From NCBI GenBank assembly GCA_016788165.1, contig JAEUTH010000039.1, positions 4,267-68,266 of the forward strand: a stretch of DNA of 64,000 bases, given 5' to 3'. The position numbers and the translations under genes were made by a program. This document shows, piece after piece, positions 19,756-28,676 of the stretch (the first letter of the stretch is position 1; every line of letters begins with the position of its first letter). The DNA is from Bacteroidia bacterium (GTDB taxonomy: Bacteria > Bacteroidota > Bacteroidia > AKYH767-A > OLB10). Below the pieces are notes generated by a model. It ran no database searches. It was not told the DNA's origin and saw nothing but the letters and a program-made list of their open reading frames with translations.

Positions 19756-20247
19756 ATGTTTTTAAAAATATATCACCATAAGGTGTTTCGCTATTTTATT
19801 GCCGCAGGGGTAGCAACCTTAGTTGATATCAGTATGTACTTTATCATGTTTAACTACGTGCTTAAAAAGCAGCCTGTACCTATGCCCGGTTTCGAGTTTC
19901 AGGCACCAACTGTGGCTTTGATGGTGTCCTATAGTTGTGGTTTGATTACTAATTTTAGCATTACAAAATTTTTTGTTTTTCATGAGAGCACTTTGCGTAC
20001 ACGTTGGCAGTTTTTAAGATTTGCATCGGTGGCTTTTTTCGTATTGGGGCTAAACTACCTGGCTATGACTTTTTTAATCAGACAATTAAACTGGTACCCT
20101 ACTATAGCACGTACATGCAGTGCATTAAGTATAGGTGTTTTAAGTTTTATAATGCATAAATCGTTTTCGTTTAAGGTTAAAAAGACCGACAACTCATCAG
20201 AAGAAATTGATTTATTAGATATCCCTGACGAAGACCCAACTATTTAA
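19756..20247 (+). CDS. GtrA-family membrane protein
   Basis: 163 aa with four TM helices. N-terminal FRYFIAAGVATLVD pattern typical of GtrA-like proteins. Confidence 0.7.
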   Translation: MFLKIYHHKVFRYFIAAGVATLVDISMYFIMFNYVLKKQPVPMPGFEFQAPTVALMVSYSCGLITNFSITKFFVFHESTLRTRWQFLRFASVAFFVLGLNYLAMTFLIRQLNWYPTIARTCSALSIGVLSFIMHKSFSFKVKKTDNSSEEIDLLDIPDEDPTI

Positions 20248-20583
20248 TTAAAGTTGTGATTTTAGCTCAGTTAAAAAGGCACGCAAACTTTTTAGTGTTT
20301 CTAACAAATTTACTTCATCTTTAATAGTTGATGATTTATCGGCCATCATTTTTTTTGCACTTTCAAGGGTATAACCTTTCTGACGGGTTAAGTAAAAAAT
20401 GCCACGCAGGTACGACACATCCTCGGGCGTAAACAACCTGTTTCCTTTTTTGTTTTTTGCAGGCGATAAAGCTTCAAAAGTATTGTCATAATAACGAAGT
20501 AACGATATGGTTACATCAAACATTTTGGCAACCTCGCTTATAGAGTAATACAAACGCTCAATCTCTTTATCTTTATAAGGCAT
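20248..20583 (-). CDS. MerR-family HTH transcriptional regulator (small)
   Basis: YSISEVAKMFDVTISLLRYYD HTH followed by wing residues (FTPEDVSYLRGIFYL). 111 aa. Confidence 0.8.
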   Translation of the reverse strand: MPYKDKEIERLYYSISEVAKMFDVTISLLRYYDNTFEALSPAKNKKGNRLFTPEDVSYLRGIFYLTRQKGYTLESAKKMMADKSSTIKDEVNLLETLKSLRAFLTELKSQL

Positions 20584-20621
20584 TATTGTTGTAATTGAAA
20601 TAGAAAAGATATGTAACGTGT

Positions 20622-20629
20622 CAAATATA
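20622..20629 (-). promoter_or_regulatory. putative -7 box TATATTTG (minus strand)
   Basis: The plus strand reads CAAATATA, 38 nt upstream of ATG 20583. Confidence 0.4.
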
Positions 20630-20683
20630 GAGCAATATGATAAAATTAAACGGCCGCTTTTTTAAATTATTTACTTAGAAATT

Positions 20684-20691
20684 TACATTTG
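20684..20691 (+). promoter_or_regulatory. putative -7 box TACATTTG
   Basis: Exact TAnnTTTG, 14 nt upstream of ATG 20706, giving a very short leader. Confidence 0.4.
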
Positions 20692-20705
20692 CAGGCAATA
20701 TAATT

Positions 20706-22922
20706 ATGAATACTTTTTTTAATAAAACAAGATTTTTATTGGTTGGATTTTTATGGTTCGTTTCAAACGTAAATGGTCAGCAATATCAGTGGGCAAAAAA
20801 AATTGGCAGCATTGGCCACGATGTTGCAAACTGTGTTGTAACCGATTTGCAAGGCAATACTTATACAGTTGGCAGCTTTGAAGGCACCATTGATTTTGAT
20901 CCGACACCAAATTTTGAATTACTAAACCCTATGGGTAATACAGATGCTTATATAGTAAAATATAATGCGGCCGGTATCTATCAATGGAGTAAAAGTATAA
21001 GCGGTTTAAATAATGAAATAGCTACCGCTGTAAGCATTAATAAAAGTGGGGTAATGGCTATTGTTGGTTACTTTAACGGAACCGTAGATTTTAACCCTGA
21101 TACAACTCAAACACATTGGCTAACAGCAAAAGGCAGTCAGGATATTTTTACGGTTGTACTCGATTCGGCAGGCAATTTTTTATGGGCTGCTGCACAAGGT
21201 GGTAATGGCATTGATGTAGCATTGGCCGTTTTTATTGACGATAGTAACACCGTTTACAATGCAGGCTATTTTGAAAAAACAGCCGATTTTAATCCCGATA
21301 CAAATGCAACTTTTAACCTAACTGCATTAGCTGATTTTGATGGCTTTGCAACCAAACTTGTAAACGGTGTGCTTATATGGGCCATGCCATTAACCAATAA
21401 CAAAGATTTAGAAATTAGAAATATTGAAGTGGTTGCTGATAAAATGTATTTAAGTGGTATAACCGAAAATACAACCGATTTTAATCCGGGTACCGGTAGC
21501 TACAGCTTTACAGCAGCCGGTGGTACCGATGCTTTTATAGCCTGTTATGATACAGCTACAAACATACAATGGGCACATTTGTATGGAGGTACATTAGGTG
21601 ATATTGCCAATAAAATGACAGTTAATGGCAACTACGTATATCTTACAGGTTACTTTAGAGGCACGGTGGCATTTAACCCTGATACAATAAATAATCCACC
21701 TGTAGTATCGGCCGGACTAACCGATATTTTTATATTAAAAACAGATATTGCTGGTAATTTTATTTGGGTGGCAACTATGGGCGATACACAATGGGATGAA
21801 TCGTACGGAATTGCCATTGACCACATGGGCAGGGTAATTACAACAGGCTCATTCAGAGGTAATACTGATTTTAACCCGGGCACAGGTATTAATATTTTAT
21901 CATCACCACAAAGTGCAGCAATTTATGTACTGGTACTTGATAGTGCTGCCAATTATGTATGGGCGTTGCAAGCCGGAGGTACCGATCAGGAGCGTGGCTT
22001 ATCGGTTGCTATTGACGCAAATAATCAAATTAATGTTGCCGGTTATTTTAACGGATTAGTATATTTTGATTTGCCTTCCAATGGCTTGCTGTATGCACAA
22101 GGCTATCAGGATGCCTTTTTAGCAAAATACAGTTTTTGCCTGCCAACCACTACCAACGTTACCGCAGTAGCCTGCAACAGTTATACGTTGCCTGGTGGTA
22201 ATATTGTTTATACTACAAGTGGTAGTTATACTGAAACTATTACAAATAGTCAGGGTTGCGATAGTATTATCTTACTGCAACTAACTATAAATAATGATAC
22301 AATGGCAGTTGATAGTATTATATCGTGCCAACCAATTACTTGGATTGACGGCAACCTATATAGTAGCAGTAACAACACAGCAACTTTTGTTTACCCGGGT
22401 GGTGCAGCCAATGGATGCGATAGTATTGTGTATTTGGATTTGACAATAAATACCATAAACAACCAGATATTTTTTCAAAACGATACGCTTTTTGCTAACG
22501 ATACATTGGCAAATATCCAATGGTTTACCTGTGACAGTATATGGCAGCCTATAGCTAATGCTACCGGTAGTTATTGGGTGCCCGTAACTTCAGGAAATTA
22601 TGCTGCCGTGTTTAATAATGGTAATTGTACCGATAGCAGTCAATGTATTAATGTTCAGGTGTCAGGTATATCATCAACAAATTCAAATTTGTTTTCAATT
22701 TATCCCAATCCAACAAACAATCGAACAGTAACTTTCAGTTTAAAACAAGCACAGCCAATGGCTACTTTGCAAGTTTTTAATAATCAGGGTTTGCTGTGTA
22801 GTCAGGTTGATGTAAGTAATAAACTAACCGTTGAAGTAACATTACCGCAAGTTGCCGGGTTGTATGCAATATGTCTCAGCACGCCCGCTGAAAAAACTTG
22901 CAGGTATGTGGTTAAGCAATAA
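20706..22922 (+). CDS. T9SS cargo: SBBP-type beta-propeller repeat protein with Cys-containing modules and a T9SS CTD
   Basis: Signal peptide. Repeated 'G.F.GT.DFNP......L....G..D.F..K....G...W' units (SBBP-like). Two ~45-aa 'C..Y.....Y..SG.Y....GCDSI..L.LTIN' modules. CTD LFSIYPNPTNN...CRYVVKQ (nt ~22689-22919). Confidence 0.8.
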   Translation: MNTFFNKTRFLLVGFLWFVSNVNGQQYQWAKKIGSIGHDVANCVVTDLQGNTYTVGSFEGTIDFDPTPNFELLNPMGNTDAYIVKYNAAGIYQWSKSISGLNNEIATAVSINKSGVMAIVGYFNGTVDFNPDTTQTHWLTAKGSQDIFTVVLDSAGNFLWAAAQGGNGIDVALAVFIDDSNTVYNAGYFEKTADFNPDTNATFNLTALADFDGFATKLVNGVLIWAMPLTNNKDLEIRNIEVVADKMYLSGITENTTDFNPGTGSYSFTAAGGTDAFIACYDTATNIQWAHLYGGTLGDIANKMTVNGNYVYLTGYFRGTVAFNPDTINNPPVVSAGLTDIFILKTDIAGNFIWVATMGDTQWDESYGIAIDHMGRVITTGSFRGNTDFNPGTGINILSSPQSAAIYVLVLDSAANYVWALQAGGTDQERGLSVAIDANNQINVAGYFNGLVYFDLPSNGLLYAQGYQDAFLAKYSFCLPTTTNVTAVACNSYTLPGGNIVYTTSGSYTETITNSQGCDSIILLQLTINNDTMAVDSIISCQPITWIDGNLYSSSNNTATFVYPGGAANGCDSIVYLDLTINTINNQIFFQNDTLFANDTLANIQWFTCDSIWQPIANATGSYWVPVTSGNYAAVFNNGNCTDSSQCINVQVSGISSTNSNLFSIYPNPTNNRTVTFSLKQAQPMATLQVFNNQGLLCSQVDVSNKLTVEVTLPQVAGLYAICLSTPAEKTCRYVVKQ

Positions 22923-22942
22923 GTAATATATCACTTATAAAA

Positions 22943-23911
22943 TTAATCAAGCGATTGATTGGCTTTACTAGCCTGTTCAATTACTATCTGATATTGCTCA
23001 GGAGTTAAATCGTTATAAAAAAAGTTTATAGGATTAATTTTTGAACCATTACGAATAACTTCGTAATGGCAATGTGGACCCGTGCTTGCACCCGTATTGC
23101 CTACAGCGCCTATTACCTCGCCACGCTTTACCTTTTGCCCCCTGCGCACACTTATTTTACTCATGTGGCCGTATAACGATTCGTAACCATAACCATGATT
23201 AATGATTACGTGATTGCCATAACCACGCCCGTCATAAGCAACTTCGATAATGGTACCATCGCCTGTGGCATGTATGGGCACACCAATGTTAGAAGTAAAG
23301 TCAATGCCCGAGTGCATAAGCGAAGTTTTATAAATGGGATGTATGCGATAACCAAAACCCGATCCAATTACACAATCGTCAGTACTTAAAGGTTGTATGC
23401 TGGGTATGCTTGCTAACATAGTAGCCTTTCCTTTAGCCAGGTCTAATGTTTCGTCAAACGATTTCGATTGCACATACAATTGTTTTTCGAGTCGCTCCAG
23501 TTTCTTCGATGTTTCAACCATCAACCTGCTATTATCATATTGCTGCAATGCTTTATATTTTTCAATGCCACCGTAACCAGCCTGCCTCACACTGCGCGGT
23601 ATGGGGTCGGCTTCAAATATTACACGATATATATGATCATCTCTGTTTTCCAAATCATGTAAAACAGTTTCGCTTAATTCCACACGCTTTTGTAATATAT
23701 CATATTGATATTTTAAGCCATCAATTTCATTGCGCAACTGCCTTTCTTTTGGCGAATCAAAATGCGTATAAGCAATCCACAAAAATAAAGCGCCAAATAC
23801 AACAGCAGTGGCTATCCATCCCAAAACAATTAATAAACGCTTACGTACGCCAACAATTACCTTTTCATATTTAAGGGTATGTGGATTAAAATGATATTTT
23901 ATACGCGCCAT
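22943..23911 (-). CDS. M23 family metallopeptidase (membrane-anchored, coiled-coil)
   Basis: N-terminal TM helix and coiled-coil. M23 motifs HSGIDF and GNTGASTGPHCHYEV. Confidence 0.9.
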   Translation of the reverse strand: MARIKYHFNPHTLKYEKVIVGVRKRLLIVLGWIATAVVFGALFLWIAYTHFDSPKERQLRNEIDGLKYQYDILQKRVELSETVLHDLENRDDHIYRVIFEADPIPRSVRQAGYGGIEKYKALQQYDNSRLMVETSKKLERLEKQLYVQSKSFDETLDLAKGKATMLASIPSIQPLSTDDCVIGSGFGYRIHPIYKTSLMHSGIDFTSNIGVPIHATGDGTIIEVAYDGRGYGNHVIINHGYGYESLYGHMSKISVRRGQKVKRGEVIGAVGNTGASTGPHCHYEVIRNGSKINPINFFYNDLTPEQYQIVIEQASKANQSLD

Positions 23912-23938
23912 TTATTGTAACTCAAATAGGTATGCATG

Positions 23939-23946
23939 CAAAGGTA
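23939..23946 (-). promoter_or_regulatory. putative -7 box TACCTTTG (minus strand)
   Basis: The plus strand reads CAAAGGTA, 27 nt upstream of ATG 23911. Confidence 0.4.
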
Positions 23947-24114
23947 ATTTTAATAACCATTTTTATAAACACATATTAATTCGCTTTAACTACTTCTTAC
24001 CGAAAACCCTTTAAAATCAAGTGCAAACTTTGCATCTTCGCCAACCGAAAAATTATTTTATTCGATGCCTTGCATCACCATTAATGAGCGTTTAGCGCTA
24101 TTTATTTAAACCAT

Positions 24115-26721
24115 ATGACATCTACAGAGATTAGAAAAACGTTTCTTGATTTTTTTAAAAGCAAACAGCATCAAATAGTGGCCAGTGCGCCAATGGTAGT
24201 TAAAAACGACCCTACCCTAATGTTTACCAATAGTGGGATGGCGCCTTTTAAGGATATTTTTTTAGGCAATGAGCCTGTAAAATTTAAACGCATTGCCGAT
24301 ACACAAAAGTGTTTGCGTGTAAGCGGAAAGCATAATGATTTAGAAGAAGTTGGTGTTGATACTTACCACCATACCATGTTCGAAATGTTGGGTAATTGGA
24401 GTTTTGGTGATTACTTTAAAGCCGATGCCATTGCCTGGAGTTGGGAATTGCTAACCAAGGTTTATAATTTACCAGCCGATAGATTATATGTAACCGTATT
24501 TGAAGGCGATAAAAACGAAAATCTTGATTTTGATAATGAGAGTTTTTTGGAGTGGAAAAAATGGATTGACGAAGACCGGATTTTAAAAGGCAATAAGAAA
24601 GATAATTTTTGGGAGATGGGCGATACCGGGCCTTGCGGACCATGCAGCGAAATTCATATTGATTTGCGAAGCGAGGCAGACCGGAAAATACTTGATGGTA
24701 AAAAACTGGTGAACGAAAGCCACCCACAAGTTGTTGAAATTTGGAATAATGTATTTATGGAGTTTAACCGTAAAGCTGATGGCAGCTTGCACAAACTACC
24801 TGCACAGCATGTTGATACCGGGATGGGTTTCGAACGGTTGTGCATGGCATTGCAAGGCAAACAATCCAATTACGATACAGATATATTTCAACCGTTGATT
24901 CAATACATAAGCAAACATTGTAAAATACCATACGGTCAAACCGAACGTACCGATATTGCCATGCGTGTAATGAGTGATCATATACGTGCTATTTCATTTG
25001 CCATAGCCGATGGGCAACTGCCTTCAAACAATAAAGCTGGCTACGTTATCAGGCGCATATTGCGTAGGGCCGTGCGTTATCAATACGCAGTTCTAAACAT
25101 TCAAGAGCCTTTTTTACACAAACTGGTAGCATTGCTTGCGCAACAATTTGATGGCGTTTTTCCTGAATTAAAATCGCAACAGGAATTTGTTATGCGTGTG
25201 GTTTTAGAAGAAGAATCGTCATTTTTAAGAACATTAGAAACCGGGATCAAACGATTTGAACAATATAGGGAATCAAGTATTGCCGGGACTTTTGCTTTCG
25301 AACTGTATGATACGTATGGTTTTCCAATTGACTTAACACAATTAATGGCTCGTGAAAAAAATATGGTAGTTGATATGGATGGTTTTAATGTTTGTTTGGA
25401 GGAACAAAAAAACCGCTCGCGTGCTGCTTCCGTTGTTGATACCGATGACTGGGTACAACTTATGCACATTGAAAAAAGTGTGTTTATCGGTTATGATTTT
25501 TTACATGCCGATATACGTATTGCGCGTTATCGAAAGGTAACGGCCAAACAACAAACGCAATTTCAACTGGTGTTTGATCAAACACCCTTTTATGCCGAAA
25601 GTGGCGGCCAGGTAGGCGATACAGGCTATATTGAATCAGCAAACGAGCGCATAGACATATTGGATACGCAAAAAGAAAACAACTTGATTATTCATGTTGT
25701 TGCAAGTTTACCCGACCAGATAGATAAGTTGTTTAAAGCGCAGGTTAATGCCAACAGACGCAGCGCTATCAATAACAACCACAGTGCAACACATTTAATG
25801 CATGCAGCCTTGCGCAAAGTATTAGGTGATCATGTTTCGCAAAAAGGTTCATTGGTAAATGATGCAGCAACCCGGTTTGACTTTTCGCACTTTGCAAAAG
25901 TTACGAATAACGAATTACAAGTAATTGAGGATTTGGTAAATGATAAAATCCGTCAAAATATTGAACTAATAGAAGAACGCGCAGTGCCCATTAACGAAGC
26001 TAAAAGTAGGGGCGCTATGGCATTGTTTGGCGAAAAATATGGCGACACAGTTAGGGTTATCACTTTCGACAAAAACTATTCAGTTGAATTGTGTGGAGGC
26101 ACCCATGTACCGGCTACTGGCCATATTGGTTTGTTTAAAATAGTATCAGAAAGCAGTGTTGCTGCTGGCGTACGCAGAATTGAAGCCATAACGGCTAATG
26201 AAGCAGTTAACTACTATAAAAAACAAGAGCAAACACTGCAACAAATAAATGAACTATTAAAATTTCCGAAAGATACCCTTAAAGGTATGCATGCATTATT
26301 AGATGAAAATGCAAAACTAAAGCAAGAAGTAACGGCTAACCTTATGCACAAAGCTGCGGATTTAAAAACTGAATTGTCGTTAAAGGGTTTTGACATTGGA
26401 AACATACATGTAATTGCCGAAATAGTTGATTTGCCTAATGCCGATGCCATTAAACAAATGAGTTTTGAAATGCGTAACACCATACCCAATTTATTTTTGC
26501 TACTCGGCACTGTGATTGATGGTAAACCACATTTAAGTTTATTGATTAACGATGAGGTAGTAACAACTAAAAACCTCAATGCCACTGCCATTATAAGAGT
26601 ATTAGCCAAAGAAATACAAGGCGGTGGTGGTGGTCAGCCATTTTATGCTACTGCCGGTGGTAAAAATGTGGGTGGTTTGCAAGTGGCAATAAACAAAGCA
26701 AAATCATTAATAGGCAATTAA
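24115..26721 (+). CDS. alaS: alanine--tRNA ligase
   Basis: 868 aa. FTNSGM, HHTMFEMLGNWSFGDYFK, editing-domain HSATHLMH...CGGTH. Confidence 0.97.
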   Translation: MTSTEIRKTFLDFFKSKQHQIVASAPMVVKNDPTLMFTNSGMAPFKDIFLGNEPVKFKRIADTQKCLRVSGKHNDLEEVGVDTYHHTMFEMLGNWSFGDYFKADAIAWSWELLTKVYNLPADRLYVTVFEGDKNENLDFDNESFLEWKKWIDEDRILKGNKKDNFWEMGDTGPCGPCSEIHIDLRSEADRKILDGKKLVNESHPQVVEIWNNVFMEFNRKADGSLHKLPAQHVDTGMGFERLCMALQGKQSNYDTDIFQPLIQYISKHCKIPYGQTERTDIAMRVMSDHIRAISFAIADGQLPSNNKAGYVIRRILRRAVRYQYAVLNIQEPFLHKLVALLAQQFDGVFPELKSQQEFVMRVVLEEESSFLRTLETGIKRFEQYRESSIAGTFAFELYDTYGFPIDLTQLMAREKNMVVDMDGFNVCLEEQKNRSRAASVVDTDDWVQLMHIEKSVFIGYDFLHADIRIARYRKVTAKQQTQFQLVFDQTPFYAESGGQVGDTGYIESANERIDILDTQKENNLIIHVVASLPDQIDKLFKAQVNANRRSAINNNHSATHLMHAALRKVLGDHVSQKGSLVNDAATRFDFSHFAKVTNNELQVIEDLVNDKIRQNIELIEERAVPINEAKSRGAMALFGEKYGDTVRVITFDKNYSVELCGGTHVPATGHIGLFKIVSESSVAAGVRRIEAITANEAVNYYKKQEQTLQQINELLKFPKDTLKGMHALLDENAKLKQEVTANLMHKAADLKTELSLKGFDIGNIHVIAEIVDLPNADAIKQMSFEMRNTIPNLFLLLGTVIDGKPHLSLLINDEVVTTKNLNATAIIRVLAKEIQGGGGGQPFYATAGGKNVGGLQVAINKAKSLIGN

Positions 26722-26796
26722 TGCGTTAACAGTATCGTGTTGGTAAAACCTGCTATTGATTGTACAAGCAGCTTAACATTTGTTTTTATTTGAGAT

Positions 26797-27120
26797 ATGA
26801 AAAACTTTAAAATTCCATCGGTGCTAAAAAATAAGTATGTTATAGCTGTGCTGGTTTTTTTAGTCTGGCTTACTTTTTTTGATCAAAACAGTTTTTTGGT
26901 TCAATATAGCTATCAGCAAGATTTGAATAAGCTTGAAAAGGAACACGAATATTATAAAACACAAATAGATTATAATAAAGCACAATTAACACAATTAGAA
27001 ACCGATACTGCCTTACTCGAAAAATATGCCCGCGAAAAGTACTATATGAAAAAAAAGAATGAAGATATTTTTGTACTTGTTGCTGCCAGCGACTCAACAC
27101 AAGAATCGTTTACCGAATAA
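26797..27120 (+). CDS. FtsB/DivIC-like septum formation initiator family protein
   Basis: 107 aa. A single N-terminal TM helix, then a coiled-coil (LNKLEKEHEYYKTQIDYNKAQLTQLETD), then REKYYMKKKNEDIFV. Confidence 0.7.
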   Translation: MKNFKIPSVLKNKYVIAVLVFLVWLTFFDQNSFLVQYSYQQDLNKLEKEHEYYKTQIDYNKAQLTQLETDTALLEKYAREKYYMKKKNEDIFVLVAASDSTQESFTE

Positions 27121-27140
27121 CAAAATATTATACCACACGT

Positions 27141-27174
27141 AAAGCCATTGTAAAAAAACGCAATGGCTTTTTTT
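27141..27174 (+). terminator. rho-independent terminator
   Basis: AAAGCCATTG-(10 nt loop)-CAATGGCTTT followed by a T-run. Confidence 0.8.
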
Positions 27175-27261
27175 ATTTTGGATACGTAATAAAACACAAA
27201 AATATATACGAGTATATTGCTGCCATATACATTTTTTTGAAACCCCTTGTACTAAACAAAT

Positions 27262-28656
27262 ATGAAAACACATTTACTATCAGCACTCGTATTATTTACA
27301 CAGTTATTGCATGCGCAGTTTAACTCGCAAAATATAACCATGCTATCAAATTATGACGATTCAACCATTGCAGCCGAACCGGCATTAGGTATCAGGTACA
27401 ATGGTATATGGGGCTGGTCGGATGGCAATGGGCATGAGTATGCTTGCATAGGCGCTAGTAATGGCGTGCATATTATCGAAGTTACCAATCCAACTACACC
27501 ACAATTGCGTGCTTTTATTCCGGGCTGTGTTACCAACGCTATTTGGCGTGAGCTTAAAACATATAGCCATTATCTATATATGGTGAGTGACGATGGCGGC
27601 CCCAATTGTTTCCAAATAGCCGATTTGAGTTACCTGCCCGATAGTGTACATATTGTACATCAGGCAGATACAATAATCAGAACAAGTCATACCATTTTTG
27701 TAGATAAAAACCGGTTGTATTGTGGTGGTGTACGTGGTGGGGTTTTCAGTACCATACCAGCAGCTATGGCAGTATTTGATATCTCAAATCCGGCTACCCC
27801 TGTTTTATTGCGCAAGCTTAGTGATGATTACCCGGGCATAAGCTACGTGCATGATATGTATGTACGTAATGATACGGTATATGCATCAGCGGCATATCAG
27901 GGTATGCATATTTATCGGTTCGATACCTTAACCAATACCTTTAACCAAATAGCTTCGTTAACCCAGTATCCGGCATCAGGTTATAACCACAGTAGTGCCA
28001 TAACCGGTGATGGTAATACATTAATTTTTGCTGATGAAGTACCAACAGGCTTACCGTTAAAGTCGGTTGATATCAGCGATTTTCAGAACGTAACCTGGAA
28101 AACAAATTTTACCAGCACACTTACTTCAACAGCTACACCACACAATCCGTTTATGAAATATAATCATTACTGTATTGTTGGTTATTATCAGGATGGTGTA
28201 CAGATATTTGATGTAAGCAATGCCTCCATGCCCATACGTACCGGGTTTTTCGACACCAATCCAACCGATGGTGCCGGTTTGCCCAACCCCAATTACTCGG
28301 GCTGCTGGGGTGTTTATGTTGATTTACCCAGCAACATAATTTTAGCAAGCGATATGCAAAATGGTTTGTTTGTACTAAATGCAAATACGGCTTTGGGACA
28401 GATTAAAACCGAAACAAAATCACTGCATTTGTACCCCAACCCGGCAAATAATACCATTACTATAAACCTGGCTAATTATATGAAGCCGGAAATAAAAGTA
28501 TATGATTGCCAAGGCAAATTAGTAGCAATTAATTTTGACACTTTAACAAATAAAGCCACAGCTAACATTGGCCATTTGCCGGCTGGTATTTACAATATAA
28601 TTATTACTGATAATAAAGGAGCAATTACATCAGCGCGCTTTCAAGTAGCACGCTAA
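27262..28656 (+). CDS. T9SS cargo: LVIVD-repeat / choice-of-anchor-B-like beta-propeller protein with T9SS CTD
   Basis: Signal peptide. N-terminal 'NITMLSNYD...IWGWSDGNGHEYACIG...IIEVTNPTTP' resembles the choice-of-anchor B/LVIVD family. CTD LHLYPNPANNTITINL...ARFQVAR (nt ~28423-28653). Confidence 0.7.
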   Translation: MKTHLLSALVLFTQLLHAQFNSQNITMLSNYDDSTIAAEPALGIRYNGIWGWSDGNGHEYACIGASNGVHIIEVTNPTTPQLRAFIPGCVTNAIWRELKTYSHYLYMVSDDGGPNCFQIADLSYLPDSVHIVHQADTIIRTSHTIFVDKNRLYCGGVRGGVFSTIPAAMAVFDISNPATPVLLRKLSDDYPGISYVHDMYVRNDTVYASAAYQGMHIYRFDTLTNTFNQIASLTQYPASGYNHSSAITGDGNTLIFADEVPTGLPLKSVDISDFQNVTWKTNFTSTLTSTATPHNPFMKYNHYCIVGYYQDGVQIFDVSNASMPIRTGFFDTNPTDGAGLPNPNYSGCWGVYVDLPSNIILASDMQNGLFVLNANTALGQIKTETKSLHLYPNPANNTITINLANYMKPEIKVYDCQGKLVAINFDTLTNKATANIGHLPAGIYNIIITDNKGAITSARFQVAR

Positions 28657-28676
28657 TACTCAAAACTAAATTTTTT

